In this document: positions 46,938 through 56,882 of the stretch, one piece after another
Numbering within the stretch: position 1 is the first letter of the stretch
Layout: each line of letters starts with the position of its first letter
Notes under the pieces: generated by a model
The model's input: only the letters and a program-made list of their open reading frames with translations
Told to the model about the DNA's origin: nothing
Databases searched by the model: none
DNA from: an uncultured Candidatus Saccharibacteria bacterium
Lineage (GTDB): Bacteria; Patescibacteriota; Minisyncoccia; Minisyncoccales; GWA2-38-27
Reading direction: 5' to 3'
Length of the DNA stretch: 64,000 bases
NCBI GenBank assembly: GCA_964509645.1
Contig: CAZDXV010000001.1
Location: 15,890-79,889 of the forward strand
Position numbers and translations under genes: made by a program

Positions 46938-47904
46938 AAAAGAAAAGTCTAAAATTGATATTTCTATTGTTGTCGGGAAGGGAAATAAAGAATTTATTTT
47001 ACCTTGCTTGCAGTCAATTTATGAAAACTATAGTAAAACGGCGGAAGTTTTTGTTATATCTAATTTGGCCTCTCAAGATACAATAAAAGAAATTAAAAAT
47101 CGGTTTCCACGTGTTTATCTTAAAATGAATAAAGAGAAAAAAGGGTTTGCTGAAAATCATAATAATATCATAGAAATAACCGAGAAGAAATATATTCTTA
47201 TTCTCAATGATGATACAATAGTATTAAAAAATGCTATAGATAAAATTGTAGATTATATGGACAAGCATCCTAAGGTAGCAGTAATTAGCCCAAAACTTTT
47301 AAATCCAGATTTATCTTTACAGCAATCTACTTATAGCTTTCCCAGTTTATTTACAATTTTCTTAAAGTTTTTTGGAATTAGAAGGTTAATTCCATTTAAT
47401 AAATTTACATATAAAATAGCGTCTTGTTTTTATAAGAAAGGAAAATCAAGATTCTGGTCGCACGATAAAACATGTCAAGTAGATACCTTGCGAGGAGCTT
47501 GTGTTCTAGTAAGAAGAAAGGCTGTAGAAGAAGTAGGATTAATGGATGAAGTTTCTTTAGCTTACGGGGACGAAACAGAATGGCATTATAGATTTAAAAA
47601 AAAGGGGTGGAAAGTTGTTTTCTATTCTAAAGCCAGCATAATTCATTATGGAGAACAAACTACCAAAAAACAACATTTGCATATAAAAGAAGAAGAAATA
47701 AAAGGACTGCTAAACTTTTATAGAAAGCATAAAAACATAGTAAGCTATTGTTTTTTAAGAGGAATAATTATATTTATCTTTTCCTTTCTTTCCTTATTTT
47801 CTTTAATGACTTCTAAGAAAAAAATATCAGAATCATATCTTAAAATTGTAAAAATCTCTTTCTGTTTTAATAAAATTCTAAAAGAAAAAAGAATATTTTA
47901 CTAA
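46930..47904 (+). CDS. family 2 glycosyltransferase with C-terminal hydrophobic segment
   Basis: ISIVVGKGN...ILNDDT (DXD region), C-terminal TM. Confidence 0.65.
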   Translation: MNKKEKSKIDISIVVGKGNKEFILPCLQSIYENYSKTAEVFVISNLASQDTIKEIKNRFPRVYLKMNKEKKGFAENHNNIIEITEKKYILILNDDTIVLKNAIDKIVDYMDKHPKVAVISPKLLNPDLSLQQSTYSFPSLFTIFLKFFGIRRLIPFNKFTYKIASCFYKKGKSRFWSHDKTCQVDTLRGACVLVRRKAVEEVGLMDEVSLAYGDETEWHYRFKKKGWKVVFYSKASIIHYGEQTTKKQHLHIKEEEIKGLLNFYRKHKNIVSYCFLRGIIIFIFSFLSLFSLMTSKKKISESYLKIVKISFCFNKILKEKRIFY

Positions 47905-47918
47905 TCAATTTTTAAGAA

Positions 47919-49190
47919 ATGAAATCAATATCAATCCTATTCGGGTATATCTATAGAGATAAGAAATTATTATTACTCTTGATTTTTCTTATTTCTCTCT
48001 TTGCTTCGCTAATTTTTTTATTGTTATTAAAAAATGTAGGACCGTCTCAACATAATATTCCTGGTACTGACTATTTAAGCTTATACAAGCCAGTTACTCA
48101 GAGTTTGCTTGAGGGAAAGGGTTTTACCAAAGAAGGAGAGCTAATTACTAAAATCCCTCCCGGTTATCCCATTTTCTTGTCGGTGATTTTTGGTTTATCT
48201 TTTTTCTTGGGGATTGAAGAGCTTCAATTAATAGTGTTTTTTAATATTTTTATTAGCGCTTTAGCTGTTTGTTTTTTATTTCTTTTGGTGAATTCTATTT
48301 TTAATAAAAAAATAGCGTTAATATCCGCAATTTTATGGGCGAGCTATCCCTTTAATCTCTGGTTTATTAAAAATCCAAACACTGAAATTCCTTTTATCTT
48401 TTTTTTGTATTTGGGAATTTGGCTTTATATTCTCGCCGTTAAAAAAAGACATATTGGGTTTGTTTTTCTTGCTGGAGTTTTTATTGGTTTAACCTCTTTA
48501 ATTCGTCCCATAAGCATGCTTCTTCCTCTCCTCTTATTTTTCTTAGTTTTTTTCTTATTAAAGAAATCTTCAAGAAAAATTAAGATTTTCCTAGCTTTAT
48601 TTTTATTACTAGGCAGTCTGGTGACAATTATTCCCTGGGAAGGATATATTTTATTAAAAACGGGAAACATTATACCTCTTTCAACGAACGGATCTTCTTC
48701 TATTGTTGGTGGTTTTGCTTTTGCGCTCAGACCGACTGAAAGCGGGGAAAGAGCACCTGTTCCTGACGATGTCTTAGTTCTTATGAAGAAAATTAAAAAA
48801 GAACAACCGAGCAGCTTGGGAGAAGTTTTCAAATTTTTTAATCATGAACTAAAAAACAAACCCATATCATTTTTTAAGCTTATAGGAATAAAGATAACCA
48901 GAGCCTGGTATGCCACTTCTCAAATGTGGCATGAAAAGGAAATATTAACAGTTCAACTTTTCTATCTTGCGTTTGCTGTTTTGGGGTTGGTGCATGTGTT
49001 TAAGAAAAATAAAGAAAAAATTAAATATATTCTTTTACTATTAGTTATAATATTTTTCTTCTGGGGCATGACTATTATTGCTCTTTCGATATTGCGTTAT
49101 ATGGTTCCCGTTATGGGATTAGTTTTTATTTTTTCAGCGTTTTCAGTAGAATATATATTAAGTTGGTTTAAGAAAAAATATGCTGATTAA
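47919..49190 (+). CDS. GT-C fold polytopic glycosyltransferase (GT39/ArnT/PMT-like, polyprenyl-phosphate-sugar dependent)
   Basis: ~12 TM, first-loop GKGFTKEGELITKIPPGYPIFL typical of ArnT/PMT-like enzymes; 423 aa. Confidence 0.5.
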   Translation: MKSISILFGYIYRDKKLLLLLIFLISLFASLIFLLLLKNVGPSQHNIPGTDYLSLYKPVTQSLLEGKGFTKEGELITKIPPGYPIFLSVIFGLSFFLGIEELQLIVFFNIFISALAVCFLFLLVNSIFNKKIALISAILWASYPFNLWFIKNPNTEIPFIFFLYLGIWLYILAVKKRHIGFVFLAGVFIGLTSLIRPISMLLPLLLFFLVFFLLKKSSRKIKIFLALFLLLGSLVTIIPWEGYILLKTGNIIPLSTNGSSSIVGGFAFALRPTESGERAPVPDDVLVLMKKIKKEQPSSLGEVFKFFNHELKNKPISFFKLIGIKITRAWYATSQMWHEKEILTVQLFYLAFAVLGLVHVFKKNKEKIKYILLLLVIIFFFWGMTIIALSILRYMVPVMGLVFIFSAFSVEYILSWFKKKYAD

Positions 49191-50127
49191 AAGGTGCTTA
49201 AAAGTTTTAGGATTAATTCTATTTATTTATATTCTTTCTAAAATTAATTTCAAAGAATTATTTTTTATCTTGAAGAATATAAATTATTTTTATTTTTTGT
49301 TGGCGCTTATTTTATGGTTTTTCGTATTTATTTTAAAAGTTTTAAAATGGAAAATATTAATTAATTCTCAATGCATAACAATTTCTCGGACTGATTTCTA
49401 TAAAATATCTTTTTTAGGCCAGTATTTAGGAATGATTACCCCCGGAAAATTAGGAGAATTTTGGAAAGCTGAATATCTAACTAGAGTTTCTAGGGTTTCT
49501 CGGGGAAGGGCCTTCTATACTACTTTAATAGATAGATTGATAGATTTAATTATTATTATACCGATAAGTTTAATAAGCATTTCTGTTTTATCTCTCTTTT
49601 ATAAAATAAAAATAGGCTGGTTAATAATATTTTTAGTTTTAGTTTTAGGAACTTTTCTTGTTTATTTTTTAACAAAAAAAGAGAATATCAAAAGATTTTT
49701 TGAATTTTTTATAAAAATCTTTCTTCCAGGGCCTTTAAAGAAAAAAACTAATTTGTTTTTTGATGAGTTTTTTAAAGAGTTGGAAAAACTTAATTTCACT
49801 TTATTTTTAAAACTTATAGTCTGTGGGATGGGCTATTATTTTACGGCTGTTCTTGTTTATTACTTCGTGGCAATTTCTTTAGGAATAAGTGTTCCTTTTT
49901 GGTTTTTGTTTTTGATTGTAGCTTTAGTTTGGCTAATCCTTGCTCTTCCTATTACCGTTCTGGGCTTAGGAACCAGGGAGGCAAGTTATATTTTTTTCTT
50001 TTCCATTTTTGGAATAAACCCTCTTCAAGCAGTTACTTTTTCATTGCTTATTTTATTTTTAAACATTCTCTTTGCTGTTCCTGGGGCGGTATTATCTATT
50101 AAAAATAGTTATTTTAATTTTTCTTGA
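49180..50127 (+). CDS. flippase-like polytopic membrane protein (UPF0104/lysyl-PG-synthase transmembrane-domain family)
   Basis: 8 TM, GKLGEFWKAEYL loop motif. Often paired with GtrB-like and GT-C enzymes. Confidence 0.4.
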   Translation: MLIKRCLKVLGLILFIYILSKINFKELFFILKNINYFYFLLALILWFFVFILKVLKWKILINSQCITISRTDFYKISFLGQYLGMITPGKLGEFWKAEYLTRVSRVSRGRAFYTTLIDRLIDLIIIIPISLISISVLSLFYKIKIGWLIIFLVLVLGTFLVYFLTKKENIKRFFEFFIKIFLPGPLKKKTNLFFDEFFKELEKLNFTLFLKLIVCGMGYYFTAVLVYYFVAISLGISVPFWFLFLIVALVWLILALPITVLGLGTREASYIFFFSIFGINPLQAVTFSLLILFLNILFAVPGAVLSIKNSYFNFS

Positions 50128-50175
50128 TTAAAATCTATAAAAGAATTAAAATTTTAAATATAGAAACAAACATCT

Positions 50176-51129
50176 ATGAAATTAATTATTCTTATTCCAG
50201 CCTATAACGAAGAAGATGCTATTGGTTCTGTAATTAATAAAATACCCGATGATATTTTTGGTATTGATGAAAAAGAAATTGTAGTGATTAATGATGGTTC
50301 TTCTGACAATACGGCTTCGAATTCAAAAGGGGCAGGAGCTCAAGTTTTTTCTCATCAAGAAAATAAAGGAGTAGGGATAGCTTTTCGAACAGGAATAGAA
50401 CAGTCATTAATAAGGAAAGCGGATCTTGTTGTAACTATTGATGGAGATGGGCAATTTAATCCAAGTGATATTTCAGAATTGATTAAGCCGGTGATTAAAA
50501 AAGAAGCAGATTTTGTTACGGCATCTCGTTTTTTAAAAAAAGAATTTATTCCTTTCAATATGCCCAAGATTAAAATTTGGGGAAATAAAATAGTAAGTAG
50601 GATAGTTAGTTTTTTGGTGGGAAAAAAATTTTATGATGTGACTTGTGGCTTTAGGGCTTATTCGAAAGAAGCTATATTAAATCTTAATTTATTCGGTGAT
50701 TTTACTTATACTCAGGAAACTTTTTTAGATTTAAGTTTTAAACAATTAAAAATAAAAGAAATTCCCATAAGAGTTCAGTATTTTTCTGATAGAAAATCAA
50801 GAGTTACAAAGAGTTTACTTAAGTATATTTTTCAAGTTTTTAAAATTATTCTTAAAACACTTAGAGATTATAAGCCCCTTAAATTTTTTGGTTCAATAGG
50901 GATTTTTATATTTTTATTGGGTATATTTGCGGATGTTTATATTTTTATATATTTTTTAAAGACAGGATTTTTTACCCCTTATAAATTTTTAGCTTTTATC
51001 GGAGGATTTTTAAATGCTTTAGGAGTGGGGATTTTTATACTTGGTTTAGTAGCTGATATGCTTTTGCGGTTAAGAAAAAATCAAGAAAAGCTGTTATATT
51101 ATCAGAAAAAAAAATTTTATGAAAATTGA
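50176..51129 (+). CDS. polyprenyl-phosphate glycosyltransferase (GtrB/ArnC/DPM1-like GT2 with C-terminal TM hairpin)
   Basis: LIILIPAYNEEDAIG...VVINDGSSDNT...TIDGDGQ (DXD), two C-terminal TM helices. Confidence 0.7.
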   Translation: MKLIILIPAYNEEDAIGSVINKIPDDIFGIDEKEIVVINDGSSDNTASNSKGAGAQVFSHQENKGVGIAFRTGIEQSLIRKADLVVTIDGDGQFNPSDISELIKPVIKKEADFVTASRFLKKEFIPFNMPKIKIWGNKIVSRIVSFLVGKKFYDVTCGFRAYSKEAILNLNLFGDFTYTQETFLDLSFKQLKIKEIPIRVQYFSDRKSRVTKSLLKYIFQVFKIILKTLRDYKPLKFFGSIGIFIFLLGIFADVYIFIYFLKTGFFTPYKFLAFIGGFLNALGVGIFILGLVADMLLRLRKNQEKLLYYQKKKFYEN

Positions 51130-51724
51130 AGAAAAATTTAGCGGCAAATATTTGTCAAAGAGTTTCATTATTAAGAAATTGGTTAAAAATTATTTTAATA
51201 ATATTGATGATATTATTTCCAATCTTGATGTTGAAAAAGTACTAGAAGTTGGTTGTGGTTTAGGATTTTCCACAGAGTATTTATCAAGAATGTTTGAAAA
51301 TAAAAAATTCCAGGCATCAGAATTTAATGACCGCTTATTAAAAAAGGCAAAAAAGAAAAACCCTTGTGTGAAAATAATCCAGGAATCTGTTTATGATTTG
51401 AAGAGAGAAGATAATTCTTTTGACTTGATAATGGTTTTAGAGGTTTTAGAACATCTAAAAAAACCTGAGTTAGCTCTAGAAGAAATTCATCGTGCAACTA
51501 ATCGTTATTGCTTAATAAGTGTTCCCAATGAACCCCTTTGGAGATTTCTAAATGTTATTAGGTTAAAGTATCTGAAGCGATTGGGTAATACGCCAGATCA
51601 CTATCAACATTGGTCAGAAAAAACCCTAGTGCGTTTTTTAGAGCCCCTTTTTTTAGTAAAAAAAATTAAAAAACCATTACCGTGGATATTTATTTTAGGA
51701 GAAAAAAGAAATTTTAAGATATGA
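51119..51724 (+). CDS. class I SAM-dependent methyltransferase
   Basis: VLEVGCGLGFST motif I, FDLIMVLEVLEHL. Confidence 0.6.
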   Translation: MKIEEKFSGKYLSKSFIIKKLVKNYFNNIDDIISNLDVEKVLEVGCGLGFSTEYLSRMFENKKFQASEFNDRLLKKAKKKNPCVKIIQESVYDLKREDNSFDLIMVLEVLEHLKKPELALEEIHRATNRYCLISVPNEPLWRFLNVIRLKYLKRLGNTPDHYQHWSEKTLVRFLEPLFLVKKIKKPLPWIFILGEKRNFKI

Positions 51725-52683
51725 ATTCTAATAAGATAAAATTTAATTCACCGTTTGTTTCAATAATTATTCCTTGTCGTAACGAAGAAAGATTTATTAA
51801 GGCGTGTCTAGATTCTATAATTAAAAATAATTTTCCTAAAGCAAACCTTGAGATTTTAGTAATAGATGGGTCATCAGAAGATAAAACCAAAGAGATAGTT
51901 AGTTTCTATATAGAAAAATATCCTTTTATTAAACTGTTTAATAATTCTAGAAAAATAAAGCCTGTTGCCTTGAATATAGGGATTAATAACTCAAGAGGGA
52001 GATATATCTTAATAGCGGATGCTCATTCTGTTTATCGAAAAGACTATATTTCCAAATGTATATATTATTTAGAAAATTACGGGGCTGATAATGTCGGGGG
52101 GGTGATAAAAACAAAACCTGCTTCTAGCAGTTTTATTGCAAAAGCTATTGCTCTTTGTTTGAGCCATTTTTTTGGAGCTGGAAATTCTTATTTCAGAACA
52201 GGCTCTGAAAGACCACAATGGGTAGATACTGTTTTTTGTGGTTGTTATAGAAGGGAAGTTTTTAATAAGGTAGGGCTTTTTAATGAGAATCTTGTGAGGT
52301 CTCAAGATATGGAATTTAACCTGAGATTAAAAAAAGCAGGAGGTAAAATTCTTTTAGTGCCTGATATTGTGAGTTATTATTACCCCAAAAGTAATTTAAA
52401 AGATTTTTTTCTTCATAACATAAAAGATGGAATATGGTCTATTTTTCCCTTAAAGTTTATTAAAACGCCATTTAAAATAAGGCATTATATCCCCCTTATT
52501 TTTGTTTTAACCTTGCCCTTGAGTATTTGGCCCTACATTATTCTTTCTATTTATTTCTCCTTGAAGATTGCTTTTAGAGATAAAGATTGGCGATATTTTT
52601 TTGTGATGCCACTTGTTTTTGGAATCCGCCATATTGGATATGGATTGGGTTCTCTTTTTGGTTTATTAAAGCTGATATTTTAA
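51721..52683 (+). CDS. family 2 glycosyltransferase with C-terminal membrane anchor (intact copy)
   Basis: VSIIIPCRNEERFI...EILVIDGSSEDKT...ADAHS, C-terminal TM helices. 3' 390 nt duplicated exactly at 59967-60356. Confidence 0.7.
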   Translation: MNSNKIKFNSPFVSIIIPCRNEERFIKACLDSIIKNNFPKANLEILVIDGSSEDKTKEIVSFYIEKYPFIKLFNNSRKIKPVALNIGINNSRGRYILIADAHSVYRKDYISKCIYYLENYGADNVGGVIKTKPASSSFIAKAIALCLSHFFGAGNSYFRTGSERPQWVDTVFCGCYRREVFNKVGLFNENLVRSQDMEFNLRLKKAGGKILLVPDIVSYYYPKSNLKDFFLHNIKDGIWSIFPLKFIKTPFKIRHYIPLIFVLTLPLSIWPYIILSIYFSLKIAFRDKDWRYFFVMPLVFGIRHIGYGLGSLFGLLKLIF

Positions 52684-52702
52684 TGCAAAGGAGAAAAGAG
52701 AA
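52271..52702. repeat. direct repeat copy 1 (~430 bp, perfect identity to 59943-60375)
   Basis: Base-for-base comparison from TAGGGCTTTTTAATGAG through the GT2 3' end and the first 20 nt of the methyltransferase gene. Confidence 0.85.
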
Positions 52703-53414
52703 AGAAATACAGCATTATGATAAAGCGGCGAACAGGTTTGAGAATAGAAGTTTGAGTCTTTTTTCTTTAGGCAGTTATGCTTTTCTGAGAAGCATTTTTA
52801 ATGATAATTACGGTAATGTTTTAGATTACGGTTGCGGAACAGGAGTACATTCTCAATGGCTAAAAGAGCATGGAGAGAGAGTAATGGGAGTTGATCTTTC
52901 TCAAAAATCAATTAATTTTGCTAGGAAAAAGGTGGAAGGCGTTGAGTTTTTGGTGAAAGATTGCGAAGAAACCGGATTTGACGATAATTATTTCGATATG
53001 GTTTTTGACGGAGGAACTTTTTCTTCTTTAGATTTAAACAAAGCTATAAAAGAGATAGTAAGAATTTTGAAGCCTAACGGAACTTTAGTTGGGATTGAAA
53101 CCCTGGGCCACAATCCACTTCTTAATTTGAAAAGAAGGATTAACAGATTGATAGGAAAAAGAACTAAATGGGCAACAGAACATATACTAAAAACGAAAGA
53201 TTTTGAAATGATTAAAAACCATTTTAGCAGGGCAGAAGCCCATTTTTTTCATCTTGTTTCTTGGTTGGCTTTTCCTTTTTTAAAATATCCTGGAGGAAAG
53301 TTTTTTTTGAGGTTTTTAGAGAAGATAGATATAATTCTAATTAGTTTATTTCCTTTTTTAGAGAAACATTCTTTTAAAATAGTGTTTATTCTCTCAAATC
53401 CTAAAAAGAAGTAA
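52683..53414 (+). CDS. class I SAM-dependent methyltransferase (allele A)
   Basis: VLDYGCGTGVHS motif I, FDMVFDGGTFSSLD. Start ATG overlaps the GT2 stop (TAATG). Paralog at 60356-61096. Confidence 0.65.
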   Translation: MQRRKEKEIQHYDKAANRFENRSLSLFSLGSYAFLRSIFNDNYGNVLDYGCGTGVHSQWLKEHGERVMGVDLSQKSINFARKKVEGVEFLVKDCEETGFDDNYFDMVFDGGTFSSLDLNKAIKEIVRILKPNGTLVGIETLGHNPLLNLKRRINRLIGKRTKWATEHILKTKDFEMIKNHFSRAEAHFFHLVSWLAFPFLKYPGGKFFLRFLEKIDIILISLFPFLEKHSFKIVFILSNPKKK

Positions 53415-54222
53415 TTAATGCATAATGCCACAAAGATGCTAACGATCGGCGAAGGCGGTATAATTATTACCGATGACAAGAAAATAGCAGATATAGTTAG
53501 AGAGTTAAGAGACTATACGGTCATACTGAATTCAAAATAAGGTATAATTACAAAATGACTGATATAGCGGCGGTTACGGATATTGCTTGGTTAAAGAAGC
53601 TGGATGGATTTATAGTGTGGAGACCTTAATTAAAGCAGTACCTTTTGTTTTAAATAAGTTGCCTGAAACAAAATTTATTATTGCAGGGGAGGGATTTGAG
53701 AGAAGAAAACTAAAAAAGCTGGCAGAATCTTTAAGAATATCAAAGAATATTAAGTTTGTGGGTCAGCTTTTTGAAAAACAGATTCCAGATTACTTAAAAT
53801 TAAGCGATATTTATGTGTCTACTTCTTTATCTGACGGTTCTTCCCTCTCTTTGATAGAGGCGATGTTTAGCGGTAGTTTTCCAGTGGTTACTCGTATTCC
53901 GGCCAATGAGGAATGGACTAAGGACGAAGTAAATGGTTTTTTGCGAACCTAGAAATTATCTCCAACTAGCGGAAAAGATTTTGAAGACTTTCTCAGTTTC
54001 TTTCTAGTGATATTAGGAAAAAAGTAGTTAAAAAAATCAAAAACTGGTTAAAAAAAGAAGATCGTCAGAAAAACATAGAATTAATGGAAAAGTATTATTC
54101 TCAATTAATTAATAAAAAAAGAGTTTTGATTAAACTAAAAATTTTACTAAAATCTAATAATAGGATATAAAGAATATATGTAAAAAGGTTGAATTAAAAA
54201 TTATTAATCTTTTTTTAAAAAA
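53415..54222 (+). pseudogene. decayed remnants of a DegT-family aminotransferase and a GT4 glycosyltransferase C-terminal domain
   Basis: Short frames MHNATKMLTIGEGGIIITDDKKIADIVRELRDY and MTDIAAVTDIAWLKKL (DegT PLP-region fragments). 53587-53952 encodes only a GT4 C-terminal half (KFIIAGEGFERRKLKKLAESL...LIEAMFSGSFPVVT). Broken frames continue to ~54150. Confidence 0.55.
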
Positions 54223-55239
54223 ATGAAAGGAATATCTCAAATTGTATTATGGGTTATTGTTATTTTGGTTATAGGAATCGGAGTTGCTTTATATTATTCT
54301 TTTCAGGAATCGACTGCGCCTGAAGAAGAAAAAACTGAAGGGGATAAGCTGGAAAAAATTAGATACGGAGGGCAATATTATCCTGGGGAGTTTGTGCTAT
54401 TTGGCGAACCTTCTTTTTGGTCAGATCGAGGCGTAGAGGTAGAGCATACTTTGTTTAGCTCAGGCGCTGAAAATAATGAAGCATTAGTTGCAGGAAACCT
54501 TGATATTAATTGTGGCTCTGACAGCAAAACCGTTGCTATATTCAACGCTATTCCAAACAAGGCCTTGATTATTGGTATTCTTCAGAGAGGGGACAGATAT
54601 GCTACTGTAGTAAGAGAAGATTCTAATTATGACAGCTGGAACGACTTAGCTGGTAAAAAGGTAGCTACTAGATTTGGTACTGGAGCAGAGGGAGTGTTGA
54701 GAAAATATTACGAAAGAGAAGGTTATTCCTGGGAAAATTTTCAGTATGTGAATCTTAAGATAGAAGATATGGCTGCTGCTCTAGAGAGCGGGCAGATTGA
54801 GGCTTTTACTGCCTGGGAACCTACTCCGGGCATAGTCGAAGCAAAAGGAATTGGGAGAGTGATGAGAACCTATGGAGATGTAGCTTTAGTGCCGGTATCA
54901 ATCCATACTACCAGAAAGTATGCTAGGGAACATCAAGAAGAGATAGTCAGATTTTTAGCAGCTCAATTAGATAAAGCGGAACTAATTAGGGAGAATCCCA
55001 AAGAAGCCGCGAAGATTGCTAGTACTGCTGCGGCTAAAAAAGGTATTACCGTATCTTCTGAAGCATTTGAAAAAGTATTTAGCAGAATTGATTTTACCAT
55101 TGAGTTCGACCAAAAGATTATTGATGCCATAAACCAAACTGCTGACTTTTTAGTGTCTCAAGGAAAGATTCAAGAGAAACCGGAGTTAGAATGGGATACT
55201 AGTTTTATTGAGGAGGCAAAAAAACTTCGGCAGGAATAA
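54223..55239 (+). CDS. ABC transporter substrate-binding protein, NitT/TauT (SsuA/NMT1-like) family
   Basis: N-terminal TM/signal, NMT1-like fold segments; followed by two permeases and an ATPase of the same family. GC visibly higher than neighbours. Confidence 0.7.
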   Translation: MKGISQIVLWVIVILVIGIGVALYYSFQESTAPEEEKTEGDKLEKIRYGGQYYPGEFVLFGEPSFWSDRGVEVEHTLFSSGAENNEALVAGNLDINCGSDSKTVAIFNAIPNKALIIGILQRGDRYATVVREDSNYDSWNDLAGKKVATRFGTGAEGVLRKYYEREGYSWENFQYVNLKIEDMAAALESGQIEAFTAWEPTPGIVEAKGIGRVMRTYGDVALVPVSIHTTRKYAREHQEEIVRFLAAQLDKAELIRENPKEAAKIASTAAAKKGITVSSEAFEKVFSRIDFTIEFDQKIIDAINQTADFLVSQGKIQEKPELEWDTSFIEEAKKLRQE

Positions 55240-55278
55240 AATCCTAAAAGCGCTTTTAATTCCAAAACTGTTTGATCT

Positions 55279-56097
55279 ATGGATAAATTAAAAGAAAAGT
55301 TTATCACGGTTTTATATTGCTTGATTCCTCTTGCGTTTGTTTTTGTGGGATGGGAGATATGTTCTAGATTAGAGATTGTAGAACCTGCTTTGCTTTCCAG
55401 GCCTTCCGAAATAATGAGAGTGCTTAACAGGTTACTTACCGAACAAACTGATGCTCAACATTCAGTCTTATTAACCCATATCTTTTCTAGTCTTTACCGT
55501 TTGTTTTTATCTTTAATTTTAGCTAGTTTGATAGGTATTAGCTTGGGAATTTTAATGGGAATTAACCGCTATGTTCGTAAATTTTTTGATCCCTTGCTGA
55601 GCGCTTTGGCACCTATCCCGGGGATAGCCTGGACCCCGCTTTTTTTAATCTGGCTGGGATTTGGTGACCTTACTATTATTACTGTTGGTTTTTTGGCTGC
55701 TTTTTTTCCTATTGTTTATAATACTGCAGCCGGAGTAAGAAGTATTAATCAAAAATTGGTTTGGGCGGCTCAGTCAGTAGGAGTTAATAAATTATCTCTT
55801 TTAATAAAAGTATATATTCCCTCTTCTTTAAACTATATTTTTACCGGTTTCAAACTTGGATTGGCTCGAGGATGGAGGACGATTATTGCTGTAGAAATGA
55901 TAGCGGCTACTCTTTGGGGTTTAGGTTTTATGATTTTTGACGCGAGAGAATATTTACAGTCCTCTGTTATCTACGGAGGTATAATGATTTTAGCTTTTAC
56001 CTATCTTTTTATTGAAAAAGTCATAATTAGCTGGATGGAAAAAAAGACTGTAACCAAATGGGGGATGGTCAGAGAAATTAACGAAAAGCAACAATGA
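55279..56097 (+). CDS. ABC transporter permease (NitT/TauT family)
   Basis: BPD_transp_1 EAA-like loop ...GLARGWRTIIAVEMIAA; 6 TM. Confidence 0.75.
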   Translation: MDKLKEKFITVLYCLIPLAFVFVGWEICSRLEIVEPALLSRPSEIMRVLNRLLTEQTDAQHSVLLTHIFSSLYRLFLSLILASLIGISLGILMGINRYVRKFFDPLLSALAPIPGIAWTPLFLIWLGFGDLTIITVGFLAAFFPIVYNTAAGVRSINQKLVWAAQSVGVNKLSLLIKVYIPSSLNYIFTGFKLGLARGWRTIIAVEMIAATLWGLGFMIFDAREYLQSSVIYGGIMILAFTYLFIEKVIISWMEKKTVTKWGMVREINEKQQ

Positions 56098-56882
56098 AGA
56101 AACTAAAAGATAAAATTAGAGAGTTAATTTTTTTCTTGATTCCTTTTGCGGTAGTGATTATTATTTGGCAACTAATTGTGGATTTTAGTTTGGTTAAATC
56201 CTCAATTCTTCCTTCTCCCTGGCAAGTAGTTTCGCATTTTTTTTCCCTGGTTTATCCAGAGCCAATTTTGCTTACTCATCTCAGTAAAAGTTTTTATAGA
56301 TTGATTTTTGGTTTTATCTTAGGGGCTTGTGGTGGTGTTTTGTCGGGAATTTTAATGGGGAGTTTCCGATGGGTAAGACGGGCCTTTTCTCCTCTAATTA
56401 GTTTTTTTATTTCCGTTCCTACTATTGCTTGGGTTCCTATACTATTGATTTTTCTTGGCATTGGAAATAAAAGTATTATTATTGCAATTTTTCTTGGCTG
56501 TTTTTTCCCAATAGTATATAATACAATGGAAGGGATAAAAGGAGTGAATAAGCATTATATCTGGGCTTCCAAAACAATGGGAGCTAAGAATTTAGTTATT
56601 TTTGCTAAAGTCCTTTTCCCCTGCTCTCTGGTTTCAATTTTAACCGGTTTAAGATTGGGACTTGGTTATTCTTGGAGAGCTTTGGTCGGAGCGGAGATGT
56701 TAGCGGCTGCCAGCTGGGGTTTGGGCTATATGATTTACAATGCTAGGGCTTTCTGTGATATAGAGACAATGTTTTTGGGTTTAATATTAATATGTTTAGG
56801 AGGGACGGTTTTAGATCAATTAATAATAAGAACAATAGAAAAGAAAACCATAGAAAAATGGGGATTGGTAACAAAAAAATAA
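56094..56882 (+). CDS. ABC transporter permease (NitT/TauT family), second copy
   Basis: Paralogous to the previous gene (GLGYSWRALVGAEMLAA). Confidence 0.75.
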   Translation: MKKLKDKIRELIFFLIPFAVVIIIWQLIVDFSLVKSSILPSPWQVVSHFFSLVYPEPILLTHLSKSFYRLIFGFILGACGGVLSGILMGSFRWVRRAFSPLISFFISVPTIAWVPILLIFLGIGNKSIIIAIFLGCFFPIVYNTMEGIKGVNKHYIWASKTMGAKNLVIFAKVLFPCSLVSILTGLRLGLGYSWRALVGAEMLAAASWGLGYMIYNARAFCDIETMFLGLILICLGGTVLDQLIIRTIEKKTIEKWGLVTKK

